DNA of 61,847 bases, counting the filler, from Dugesia japonica (Eukaryota), in the NCBI GenBank assembly GCA_001938525.1. It is 6 parts of 6 records of this genome, joined end to end, with 100 filler letters (N's around TTAATTAATTAA, not from the genome) between each part and the next. Parts side by side here need not be neighbours in the genome. Positions count along the whole stretch, not along the records: positions 1 to 9,710 come from MQRL01630895.1; positions 9,811 to 18,115 come from MQRL01539097.1; 4 more parts are not named here. One strand, 5' to 3'. Numbering within the stretch: the first letter of the stretch is position 1; the number at the start of each line of letters is the position of its first letter. A program made the position numbers and the translations under genes. This document shows positions 1 through 12,899 of the stretch, one piece after another. The notes under the pieces were generated by a model that was not told where the DNA came from, searched no databases, and saw nothing but the letters and a program-made list of their open reading frames with translations.

Positions 1-2325
1 TATTATTATTATTTCTATTATTATTATTACATTTATTTTAATTGTAAAAATTTCAAAGTTCCATTTAAATAATTTCATTAGTTTTAGTATGTTAATTTTT
101 CCTTGTAAAAATTTACAATTGAATTTTTCAATTTTAAATAAATAGAAATTTTAATTTTAAAAATGCTTACTTTTATTTTGCTTAAAATTAGTTTCTTCTC
201 CTCAGTCAAATTATTAATCTTTTCTTGGTAGTCAGAAACTTTATTTGACAATTCATCCTTTTCTCTATCATTCTTATGCATAATCCCTTTCATTATTCGA
301 CTAGTTGAATCTAGGGATGTGTTGCTGTTTCTTAAATCTTTGATTTCTTTTTCTAAACTTTCACACTTATTCATGAGTTCTTTGATTCTGTGTTGGTTTT
401 CATGGATTCTTATTTGTAATTTATCTGACTTTTCGTAGACGGCATGAATCTAAATTATGAAAATTCAATATTGAATTATCAAAATTAATTAATTAACCTT
501 GCTATTCTGACAACTGGAAGGATCGAAATTTACTTCAATGTTCTCTAAACCATCAATTTTCAGATCGAGGCATTCTTTGAGAAAAGTATCTAAAAATGTT
601 CTGTAAAACAAATTAATTCTATTTGTTACTCTACCATTGTTAGCATTGGCTTTGATTTCCGACATTTTCCCGAAAATATTCGGAGATTTTCTTCCTTCCA
701 GAGATAAACAGTTATTGTTTTTATTGATATTCAAAGAAAGATCAAGCTGGATAAAATATTTCCAAAAATAAATTTTTTCCAAATTATATTTATACAACTT
801 ACCGCACTCTCGACATCATCTAGTTGGTTTTCAATAAACATTCTCTCTGCATTTAATTTTTTTATTTGAATTATACATTCTCGCAGATATTTCTAAATAA
901 TCATTGATTAATAAAATAAATTTATTATTAGTAATTATAATTAATTAGTTGATTAATTAAATTAATTCTTTATAATTACTGTTATTAATAATAATTAATT
1001 TAATTTAATTATTATAATTAATTAATTAATTTTTAATAATAGTTTGTTCATTTATATTTTGCTTATTTTTTATTATGAAGAACATCAATTAAAGACAATA
1101 AAAAGCTGTTAGAAAATTTGATAAATGTCAATTAACTTCGTAGATTTTTGCTTATTAATTAAGTTATCAAAATATCGGAATAAATTTACCAATTTTGTAT
1201 CTCTATTAGTCACTTTTAGGTGAGTCTGAGACACTTATCGTAGAATTTAAACCATTTTTAATATCCATAAATTTATTAATAAAATAAAAGAAAAAGATTT
1301 AAATTTGTCTTTTCAAACAAATTCAATCGATTTAATCAATCTGAGAGTCAATTTCAATTCTAAAAATTTTGATAATTTTTAAATATAAAAATGTATTTTA
1401 AAAAGCTATTTTTAAATTAATTAATTTTAATTTTTAATTTTATTTACTGTAATTCTAATATTTCTACAAATTTTAATTCTATAAATTTAATTAATATAAG
1501 TTTTATTCTAAAAATTTTTATTTCATTTTTTTATTTTAAAATTTTTAAATATTTAAAATTTATTATTTTAAATTAATTTATTTTTAAATTTCAAAAATCA
1601 AAGCAGAAATTTTTGATAATGTCAGTACTTTAACTGAAATTTCCGTTCTACTGATCTCAAAATGTTGGATTTAGTTAAAATATAAAAATTATTTTTACCT
1701 TTAATTCATCCATTTTAACCATTTTCAGTGTTGGTCGAATTATGTGAAAAATTTGAACAATTGGATTCAGAAATTCTTTGGCAGCGTGTTGAATGATTCT
1801 AACTGCTTCGACCTTTGTCTAAAATTAATAAAAATATCTGATAAACTAAGAAAAATTAAGATATTTCTTTTGAATTATTGACGAGACATTTCCATTGTTA
1901 TTAAAGAATATTTATTCGTTTATAAAGAAATATTTAATTAAAATTAGAACTGAAAAATAATTGTAATTGTTAACGTAGTATTTTTAATTACCGATCTTTC
2001 ATTAACGTTGTACATTAGCTATGTCAACAATATTCAGGCAGTTTTTAACTCCAAAACCCTGAAGTGGGCAACTGCCGGGCTGCGGCGTGAATTGATATTT
2101 TTTACTGTAAAATAGATTTAAATTTGATATAAAATTTACTAGAAATTATCATAAATTAAACTTTTTTAAAATTAATTAAAATTAATATAATTTATAGATA
2201 TGGCCCAATATGTTTTGTACCATGACTTTTTTTACCTATTAAGTAACAAAAGCCATGATGTAAAAATATTTATAAAAATATATATTGAATTCTAAATTAT
2301 ATTTGACGATATTTGAATCCATAAA

Positions 2326-2382
2326 TTTAGGGTTAAGGGGTTAAGGGGATAGGGTTAGGGTTAGTGGTTAGTGGTTAGTGGT
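2326..2382 (+). repeat. Degenerate interstitial telomere-like tract (TTAGGG/TTAAGGGG/TTAGTGG)
   Basis: ttagggttaaggggttaaggggatagggttagggttagtggttagtggttagtggt read directly. Confidence 0.7.
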
Positions 2383-2650
2383 AAAGTTTTATTAAAATTC
2401 TTTTTTAAAATTAAATTCAATTCATCTTTTTTTTGCTGTAGGTCGGAAAAAACCATGATTCCCAAATAATTATAAAAAGCCATGATCCTATGTTTTGGTT
2501 AAAAAACGTTTGACCTTTTTTGTTTAAATTAACTGGTTTTCATTTTTCAAATTTAACGAATTATATATTACATTTTTCACTTGTTTGAATAATAAGTAAT
2601 TGTGGTAATTAATTTAAATTTATTATTAACAACATTAAACCTTGTTAATT

Positions 2651-3083
2651 CAGAGGCGTAGCTAGTGTGTTTGGCGCCCGGGGACAAGATTCATATTATG
2701 CGCATCCCCCACTGAAAAATTAAGAGTCATCCAATGTAAATACTAAAGAAAAAACTGATGCAGACGAAACATGTGATTAGTCAAGTAAGAAGTAATACAA
2801 ACGAAATACTTTATACAAATAAGATGTATGTTTCTGGTCATAGGTTACGAAATCTGTAGTCTATAGACTAGGTTTAGCAATATTAAATTCACACAATAAG
2901 ATTGATAGTGCATAACAAAAGTTTGAATGCAAGAGAGTGAGAAACCTTCAGTCTTGGTAGATATCATATTAAAACGATACAAAGAATACACAATATAAAT
3001 ATTTCAAACCCCATATTTGCGCCTTCTTGGTCTGGCGCCAGGAGACACTTGTCCCCCTCTGCTCCCACTTAGCTACGCCTCTG
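2651..3083. mobile_element. Non-autonomous hAT-type element (MITE), 433 bp
   Basis: Terminal inverted repeats CAGAGGCGTAGCTA / TAGCTACGCCTCTG; 8-bp flanks TGTTAATT / TGTTAGTT (7/8 match) fit a hAT target-site duplication. Confidence 0.85.
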
Positions 3084-5632
3084 TGTTAGTTTAACATTCG
3101 ATATCAACTTTTCTTTTTTTTAATTAGCTCATTTCATTGACTGAAAATTCTATTAATTTTAAAATTTATAAATTTTTAACTTGCAGCTATAAATCGCTGA
3201 GCAATTTTATTTTCCAAGGATAATATTGCAAGAACTAATTTATTGTTTCTGATAAAATAAATGAATAATTATTTAATTAGAATGAAATAATTGATGATTA
3301 AATTTCTTCAAGCATCATATTTACTGTGAGAGTTGCTCAAAGAAATTAAGAAGTGATAACATTGGTATTAACAAAGATAAATCTACGAAAGTACTGGCTT
3401 CTTAGATATTATTTTATGTAGATAGAACTTTCTTAATTTACGCACTAAAACATTTTATTCTATTTCTTATTATGCATAATTTACTTTAGTGAGTTGGGAA
3501 ATTTTGAGAAAAAAACTCAAAAAATATACTACTTACAATTATGTTCCAGTAATATATCTAAAGAATTATAAGTACTTTATTTACCAACTAAATATTCCCT
3601 TAATGATGTAAGTTTGTTGTTACACACTGAACCGACAGAAGTCATGTATATTAATAAGAGCGTAGCTTAATGTTAGATGAAAATATGAGTAAATAAAATC
3701 TGAAAAATGATTATTTCTTTAACTAAATTTATACATTTTATCTACTTTTCCACTTAATCTTTGTGATCGCAACAATTCATTTTGTATCATACCAAGCAAC
3801 GTAATTGAGATACGAATAACAGAAATGCATTTTGTTTGATACTTGGCCATAGATAAAAATATGGCAGGCTTACTTAACTGCATTAAACATTAACAATGAA
3901 TTTATGAAATGTTGATATTTGCAGACTATCAACACTGCGCACATTTTTGATTCTACATTGATCTTTAGGGGGTTATTATCAACTTTTGAATGTTAGATAA
4001 TCTGTCGTTTGATTTTGCGTAGAATTTTTTTTTAATAATTCATCTAATTTTGTGCACAAGTATTGTTATGATAATTTCGGTATTTCAGATTATATTTATT
4101 TTTCCGCCATATCTCAACTAGCTACTCCCGCTAAACCAAAATTCAATTTGACTCATTTAAACAAAGTTTATTGGATCGTAACTGAGTTAAAATTTTCTAA
4201 TTTTCTTCATTTGATATTTGATTCATCATAAATGGATTGAGTGATTTCTCAAAAAATGTTAATATACACACAGCTTAACAACACTAATTCCATGAAATAA
4301 TTTCGAATAAATGAATAAAATGAAATGTTAAGAAAACTATAGTAACAAATGTAAAAATCTTTAATTTAAGTCAGGCATCAGAAATCTATAATAAGCGGGT
4401 CGTTTAATAATTTCAACTGACTCACTTGAGTTTCAAAAATAAATTATGTTAAAAATTAAATTCTAAAATTAAACATGAAACAAATATTTTGAGAAAATAT
4501 ATTATATTGTTATAGATATATTTTTCTAATTTTTTAACATAAATAAACTAGAATAATTCAAAAGATTGTTTTATCTATAAATTATAAGTAGCTAAATAAT
4601 ATTAATTTGTTTCTTGAAATAAATAATTGATAATTCAATTAATTTGAAAAATAAGACGAACTATGAAATACTGTGACATACAATGTTGCATAAAAAGAAA
4701 TATTATTTTAATAAATTTGTTAAAATTTGTTTTAAAAGTAATCAAGAAATTTTATCTAAAAACTCTTTTCAACTCTTAAAAAAATAGAAGTAAAAAACTA
4801 CGTAGTTAGAACTTATTTTTTATTCATTTAAATATTTTAAATAGAAATAATTAAACAGGCCGAAATTATGGCATTTGCTATTTTATATTGAGAACCGTAG
4901 GCGTAACCCTACATTCTAAATTTCATTATTTCAAAAAAAGGGCGTTTAATAATTAATAAGATTAACATTACAGAGTGAAACAATTGTTAATAATTAAAAT
5001 TATTTATTAAAAATACAATTAAACCTCCATAACTATACAATTTAAATATATAGTTGTTTCTTTTACATATGTCACCTCTTAATAAACATAAAATATTTGA
5101 TTTAATACTGTTAATACATAATTAATATTAGACATCAAAATATAATTATTTATTAATTTATCTTGGCAAGTATTCATTTTCGGTTCAGAAACTCCAGCAA
5201 TTCTCTAAATAAATTCAACGTCAAATCTCTTTATAACATTTTTTTGGTTCCAGGTAATGTTTTTTTAAAGAGGTTGTAATAAAATTAACATTACAACGCT
5301 ACATAGGTTTAATAATTATTATTAATTAATAATCGTTTTAACTATTAATTATTATTAATTGAATTAATTAGATGATTATTATTTAATGTAAATAAATTCT
5401 GATTAAAATGTTAAAATTTATTTGTTAAAAGGCAATTAGTTAATTAGTTATTCGTTATGATTAATTAGTTATCAATAGTAAAGATATTGGTAACATATGA
5501 CCCACATGAGCTCCGAAAATAAAATATAATGCATAAATAAAAAATAAACATGAAACAAACATTTTGAGAAAATATAAATAATAAGATTAGAATCATCCAG
5601 TTGAATAATTATTATTATTTGAATAAGTATTA

Positions 5633-6486
5633 CTGTCAACCCTCTCTAATTCGAAATTTCGATAATTCAAATTTTTTCATTAACTCAAATATTTTAATTT
5701 AAGTTAAATTTTTTAAAGTAATAACTATTATAATTTTTTGATATTTCTAATTTTAATAAATCAAATTTTTCAAAAAAAATCAAATAAATACGAATATATA
5801 TTTTCATTAATTCAAAATTTTTGTTTTCTATAAAAATATTTTCTGAAAATTTCCAATATGGAAAATCGATTGAGAATGTTTAGAGTTTTCTTTAAAACTT
5901 TCCCGATGTAAATAATGATATTTATGATTCTATTTAACGAGTAAAAAAATTATATGAACGTCTAGAATTTAATTTATTAATACTATTGCTAAAAGCGATA
6001 CGGATCCTCGATTTCATTATTGATTTGATCAAAATAGAGTTTGGATAGCCTAACAGCATCTGTATTATTAACCACTTTAAGCGATGGATCACTCGGCTCA
6101 CAAGTCGATGAAGAGTGTAGCAAAATACGTGAGTTAGTGTAAAATGTACAATGCTCTGATAATTGACAATTTGAACGCAAATGACGGCTATTGGTAAACC
6201 TTTAGCCACGGCTATCTGAGGGTTGGCATTATTTTTATCATTACGTTCAATAGTAATGTTTTGAGGGTGTAAGACATTTGGTGTTTATTTTATTGAAAGT
6301 GTCTCATTAAAGTGATGGTGTATTTCGGTACATTTCTATGGAAACATAAAGGCTAAGAATTATAAGAATTAGAGTCGAAGAATATTTTTAATAAATTATA
6401 TTGTATATTTTTGTTAATTCGAAATTTACGACAATTCAAAATGATTTTCTAATTCTTGAGAAATTCGAATTTAGAAGGTTTGGCAG
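5633..6486. mobile_element. Degenerate pogo/Tigger-like (Tc1/mariner superfamily) non-autonomous element
   Basis: Imperfect TIRs ctgtcaaccctctctaattcgaa / ttcgaatttagaaggtttggcag, both flanked by TA; no intact transposase. Confidence 0.6.
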
Positions 6487-6530
6487 TATTATTAATTATT
6501 TTTTAAAAAAATTAATAAAAGCATATTGTA

Positions 6531-7863
6531 CAGTACTCGTAAAAAGTCTGTTCACCCCCNNNNNNNNNNNNNNNNNNNNNNNNNNNNNNNNNNNNNNNNN
6601 NNNNNNNNNNNAATAAATAAATAAATACACGATAGTCTTAATATTTAACAGGATTTCCTTTTGATTTTTGACCAATTCAAATCTTTTTGTCATCGAGAAT
6701 ACAATTTTTCTGCATAGATTACGAGAAAGTTTGTACCGCTCGCTTTGGATCTCATTCCATAATTCTTCAGCAGAATTGTGTATCATTGGTCTTACTTTCC
6801 GTTTAAGGATATCCCAGATATTTTCTATGGGATTCAGGTCAGAAGAATTACCTGACCAGGGTAAGATCTCAATATTTTTATTTTTTAGGAAAGCCTGAGT
6901 ACTTTTGGTCTTATGTGGTGGAACCAAATCATGTTGAAAATCAAATGCTGTTTTTGGAAAGACTAAGCATTTACCAACTATGCCTATATCATGAAGTATC
7001 TCTTTTTGATATTTCTTGGCATTCATATTTCCATTGATTCTTTTCAGAAGTCCAACTCCATTACTATTGAAGCAGCCCCAGACATGTATGTATAGACCAT
7101 ATCGCATAGCTGCTTGGATAAAGGTAGGATTGTAATTTTCCAATGAGGTTTTTTGAATCAATAATTTACTTGATGACGAATATGACTGAAAGATACACTC
7201 GTAGCTGAATACAACATCTCCCTATTTATCTGCATCTCAACTACTGTAAGTCATGGCCCAGGAAAGTCTTCTGAGACGTTGATGCAATTTCACATATGGC
7301 TTCTTAATTGCTGAATAACTTCGAAAACCGTACTTGTTCAGAATTTTCTGAACAGTACTAACAGAAAAACTTTGAAAATTACTTGAATTGTACGTATTGG
7401 TGATATTATGAACATATAATAAGCGATTGGCTTTGCAAATGCGTGTTATAGCTCGTGAAAGTTGGGGTGAAACAACAGTTGATCAGTCATTTCTCATCTT
7501 ATTTCACACAGATGCAATTTTCCGATATTTCTTCCAAAGATATTGCATTCCACGTTTTGTCACAGTCTTGCTGTACTTTTCACGTAATTCACGAGATATT
7601 TCTGTCCAAGACTTTCCATTATTTCGTAGTATAACGATTTCATTTCTTTAAAATTCAGTTAAATTTCTAGACATTATATTGCTCTAAAAACATGCCATTT
7701 TACATTATTTTACATATATCAATTAAAAATAAATTATAAAAACTTACATTATTTAAATAGTTTATCAATAACTAAGTATTTAAACAATTAGTTTAAACTA
7801 AATCGAAATGTTTATTAAAAGTTGCATTTTTATAGGGGGTAAACAGACTTTTTACGAGTACTG
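6531..7863 (-). mobile_element. Tc1-like (DD34E) DNA transposon, full length, defective
   Basis: TIRs CAGTACTCGTAAAAAGTCTGTT(C/T)ACCCCC at both ends, TA flanks, ~1.3 kb, transposase remnant inside. Confidence 0.93.
6640..7698 (-). pseudogene. Tc1 transposase, frameshifted
   Basis: VWGCFNSNGVG, FQHDLVPPH (QDNAPxH), WSGNSSDLNPIENIW (WPxxSPDLNPIE); first catalytic motif FSDE decayed to FSYE. Ends approximate. Confidence 0.9.
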
Positions 7864-8179
7864 TAATTATTTTTTCAAAAAAGTGTTATCTTATCATTCA
7901 AAAAAAGATAGTTTTAAAATTAAATTACTTTTGACCTGAAACGCATTCTTAATAGTGATATTTTGATTTGTAAGAGGTTGTGAAGCCTGATTAGATGTTT
8001 CAATTCATCGATTGTAAATATATCAAATTTAAATTCAAGAATATTAAGGAGAACAATTCTAGCTCAGAGACGATTACAAAGATGGAACATTGTTGTTGAA
8101 AAATGAATAAAATTATATAGTTGATTAGTTTTCTAAATGAAGTGTTGCTTTTCATAAAATTTCGATTCATGCATAAAAA

Positions 8180-8362
8180 AATTGCAATTTTTGCGAGAAT
8201 AATTGTTGGACATAACCATTTATGTTTTATAGAATTCATTTAATATAAAAGCTTTGATCAAAATTTTGGCTTTTTTATTGATATTGGATAACAATTCGAT
8301 TTTTCGACCTTGTCTTCGTCAGGAAAAATTTTTTGATCAAAGCTTATATATTAAATGAATAC
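8180..8362. mobile_element. Penelope-like pseudo-LTR remnant with local inversion
   Basis: 8232-8263 is inverted at 8331-8362; sequence shared with 21380-21640 and 48990-49080; contains a hammerhead-like core. Confidence 0.5.
8295..8325 (-). ncRNA. Putative minimal type I hammerhead ribozyme motif
   Basis: Minus strand reads UUC-CUGACGA-A-GAC AAG GUC-GAAA-AA-UC-GAA: core, stem II, short stem I, vestigial stem III. Confidence 0.55.
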
Positions 8363-9485
8363 TTATCACCAGACTTAATAATTTCTACAACTCCATGATC
8401 ATGATAATCGATATTAATACTAATTAGTTATTTATTTATTTTTACAATAAAATTCCCCAATTTTTAATTGAACAATTATTCAAAAAAAAAACAATCAATT
8501 ATGCCAGATGAGATAAAGTAAAAGAAAAATATAAAGAAAAAAAAGTATATTTCAATTTTACTTTTTATTATTTATTGAAAATCTTGTCATCAGATGAAAC
8601 ATTTTGTGTTTGAAATATTCTACAAATTTTGTCAACATTACTCGTGTTAATAATTGATTAATTCAGATAAAATTTCATTAGATAAATTTCATCAATTTGC
8701 AGACATCCTCACCAGTAAAAGAATATACAAAATGAAAGTTTGATATTTTCGATTATTTATTGGTTATTTATTTTTTAAAATTTTCCGATATTTTCCGCTC
8801 AAAATGTATATTAATAATAATTATATAATAATTAGTTTAATAAGAATTATTATTAAAATTATTTTTTTATAAAAGAACGACCATGTCATATTGGGGAAAT
8901 GGTGAAAATTAATAATTAAATCAAAAATAATAACAGAAAAATTAAACTTTGAGAATGTGGCGGAGAGAGTAGTAAATATTATGTAATATCACCAGGTGAA
9001 TAGTGTATGCATATTATTGTAATTATTAAAGAATATAGACAAACAGAGAGAATTGATTTTTGAGAAATGTAGTGTTGTGACTTAATGGAATTGTTTACAC
9101 CAATTTACACAAACTAATTGCAACTTAATAGTTATTTTTTAGACAATTAGCACTGCAATTAAGCTTTAAATAATGAATGAGTTATGTTTTTAGATATTTC
9201 TTTCAATATTTATTTATTCATTGTCGCCATTGGAAAGTATTTAAATATGAAGCTGAATTCATTCAATAAAAAAGAAAATAATTATTCGCACATTTTATTT
9301 TACCANNNNNNNNNNNNNNNNNNNNNNNNNNNNNNNNNNNNNNNNNNNNNNNNNNNNNNNNNNNNNNNNNNNNNNNNNNNNNNNNNNNNNNNNNNNNNNN
9401 NNNNNNNNNNNNNNNNNNNNNNNNNNNNNNNNNNNNNNNNNNNNNNNNNNNNNNNNNNNNNNNNNNNNNNNNNNNNNNNNNNNNN

Positions 9486-9546
9486 TTTTATTACTATTAT
9501 TATTCCTATTATTTTTATTATCATTATTACTATTATCATTATTACT

Positions 9547-9577
<31 letters not shown>

Positions 9578-9710
9578 TTATTATTATTCTTAATTATTAT
9601 AAATAATATAATTACTGTAATTAATAATATTATTAATATTAATACGCTTATTATTTTTATTGTTATTATTATTACTATTACTATTATTATTATTATTATT
9701 ATTCTTAATT
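9486..9710. repeat. (ATT)n-type microsatellite / low complexity
   Basis: Direct reading; next to assembly gaps. Confidence 0.9.
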
Positions 9711-9810
9711 NNNNNNNNNNNNNNNNNNNNNNNNNNNNNNNNNNNNNNNNNNNNTTAATTAATTAANNNNNNNNNNNNNNNNNNNNNNNNNNNNNNNNNN
9801 NNNNNNNNNN
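9711..9810. other. Artificial contig spacer
   Basis: 44 N + TTAATTAATTAA (stops in all six frames) + 44 N = 100 bp; the same motif occurs five times. Confidence 0.97.
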
Positions 9811-12800
9811 TTCATGCTAATTTGATATGGAAATATATTTTATTAAATTTTCAGTTGATTTAATTACGGGAAAAAATGAAAAAAATTGAAATAAAATATT
9901 AATTATCTAATTAATTAATAATAAATTAATTTAATAAATCATATAAATTAATTGATATATTTTTGAAATTTCATCAACAAAAAAAACTAACAACTTTTTA
10001 TTCTTCAATATTGGAATTTATTTTGTTATTTCTATTACCAGTTTTGTGGAACTTCCATATTACTGCTGAGTAGGCTATGTTTGCTTAGGAGCAATCTTTT
10101 AATATTCCTTTAATTAGGCTTTTGTTTTCAATAATCTTTTCCAGAATTGGAATGGTTGCGGTCGGAATTGAGCCAAGTGATCCAATTATGCAAGTATTTA
10201 ATTCTACTTTAAAATCAGCCTTTGCTATTTTCAATTATTTTTTAGTAGATCATATTTTTCTAAATATCGTTTGCTACACTCTTCAAAATTCTTTTTGGAG
10301 TCTATTGGATATTTGACATCAATTAAATATATCGTTTTTTTTAACATTAGTAACTGTTCTCATTCTCTACAAATCAAAATATATTTATTTATTCTATTGA
10401 CCTCAATAATAGCATTTGAGGTTTTAAGTTTGCTGACAATAATATCAAGGCAATCATTATGTCTTTCAGTTGCTATTTTCTCCATAACTAAACTTTTAAT
10501 TCATAATATTAACTTTATTCTTTTAAGATAATATCTTACATCATTAAAAACAAATGTATCATCATATTGAAGCAAATTTATAAATTTTTGTCCCTCAAAT
10601 GATAATGACAATTTTCTAAAACAAAAATGTTTTTGTCTACTATAATATTTCAATAACAGTATTTCAATAACGTGATCTACCACATAAGTTTTATTTTCAA
10701 TAAGCTTGTGACATTCAAATAACATCTTCTCTTCGGTGTCTAAATGTTCACTTAACTGTTTGTTTCTTTTATTACAACTTGAATCACTCTCGAGTGATAA
10801 AATGTTGGCGATTAAGTGTCGCGTGATTAAACGTCCGTACACCTTTTTTGTAATAATTANTCAGTATCATTTACCATTTATTATTCAGTGCATCATATTT
10901 AATTTTAAAATCAATTTTGTTATTTTTGTGCATAACTCATTATTGAATGTTCATAGATTTTTATACTTATTAGCTACATTTATTGAACCTAAACTTTCAT
11001 TGGATGTGTGTAGAGAGATGAGCTCGCCAAACCACTACGCCCGTCTGCAAAAAGTGATTTAAATGTACATTGGCGACAATGAATTTTGTGTATGATTTCC
11101 AATGTTTTTAGGCGACAAGCAAAATTTGTGTATAATTATAACTTTTGCTTGTATATTTTATGTACTTAGTACGAACGTTTTCATATTTTAATAAATTATT
11201 TTTGATTTAATTTTTTAAGTAAAGTTTTGCCCCTGTTTATATTTACATTTTTCTTNATAGTATTTTAGAGTTTTGCACCTGTGAAAGATTTAAATTTTTG
11301 CAATATAATATTAGTATATTTNTTNTTATGGTTTCTATATCTTTGTTNATTTTTTGAGTTTATTTGTTACATTAAGTTTCAATGTATGCAATTGGTGAAC
11401 TAATTTAATACATTATTATTTAGTTAAATTACGATTTAAGTTGGTTCAAATTAATTAATATGTATAAGGAATACAATGTATTTATTGTATTTAATGAATT
11501 AATTGCATTTAATAAAGTAAACATCAGTAACTATATTGATTAGTTTAGTGNNNNNNNNNNNNNNNNNNNNNNNNNNNNNNNNNNNNNNNNNNNNNNNNNN
11601 NNNNNNNNNNNNNNNNNNNNNNNNNNNNNNNNNNNNNNNNNNNNNNNNNNNNNNTTAAATTAGATAAATTTTATGAATCGATAGATTATTTTGTTTTTAT
11701 TAAATATATTATGCGTATTAAATGCATCAAATAATTGAATGCATTAATTTTATTGAATGTGTTAAGTTAATTTTAATAAGTTGGTTTTGAAATTTTTATA
11801 TTTAAGATTATAATTTTAGGGATGATGTATGAAACTTCTACATGTCGGATTTTAAATTGTTATATATTAGATTATAATTTAGTGTAACGGATTCTAATTT
11901 TTGTATGATTCTTTTGAATTTTGTTGTATTGGTTTTTAAATTTTATTATTACTAGTTTAATTTTATGCATGTTGAATATTAATTTTCATAAATTAATTTC
12001 AAANTTTAATATATTGATTCCGAATTTCTTATGTATTAGTTTAGACTTTTGTATGATAAGTTGTAATTTCTATATAACGTGTAACAATTTTTGTTGTGTT
12101 GACTTAAAGGCTTAGTTTATTAGTTCAGAGATTTTATAAATTGGCTTAGATTTTCATATATTGATTTTGAATTTTAAAGTGTACGCTTTACATTTTAGTA
12201 TAATACTTTTCAATTTCAAATTCCCAGTTTAATTTTGTACATGATGTATTATAAATATAATGCAACTTATAAACACTTCTATTGTTTAGTCATTTTTAGT
12301 ATATTGGTCTGTATTGTTTATGTATTGGTAAGACTTTGAATTTTTAAGTGTTGACTTATAAATTTTATGTAATAATAAGTGGTTAAATTTGAACAATTAT
12401 TATAAAATGCTTACATTAAAGTAAAAACATATAAACTTAAGTCAAACTTGAAAGCTTAAATACCATTTACCTTATAAAAAAAACAAAATCTTACACTAAT
12501 AAAATAACACAATTTTACATTATAAAAATAAACACATGATTTAAATGGCAATTTATTTATTACACAAATATTTGTTGATTGCATTGAATGGATCGTATTT
12601 TGACTGGATGACATTGAAACTATAAAATAAATACAATATATTATTGAAGTAATAATAAATCAAATATTAACACTAAGACAAAGCATGATGTGGTATGTAA
12701 TGTGTGATGTCCGTATGGTATGCTTATGGTTAAATCTATACACACCATTTTATCGTCATTGTTAGTTGGAGCTAATTTTGTACCCATAAAACTATACAGT

Positions 12801-12899
12801 TGGTAATTCTTTGTTCCTATCCTGAATTGGTTTACTGTTACCTTTCTATTTTTATTATAACAATCTAGATACAATTAATGTGTTATGTATGTATCTTTC

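Noticed and set aside
84-797. Coiled-coil host gene exons
   Set aside because: Plausible, but no recognisable domain or confident splice model; the same applies to 10501-10842 and 18216-18584.
9184-9606. Hydrophobic ORFs here and at 23115-23546, 31500-31811, 32647-33021, 34857-35788
   Set aside because: Artefacts of N runs, microsatellites, or antisense reading of A-rich coding strands.
11005-11130. Possible terminus of the family A Polinton (gtagagagatg...)
   Set aside because: No matching inverted partner or target-site duplication found in the contig.
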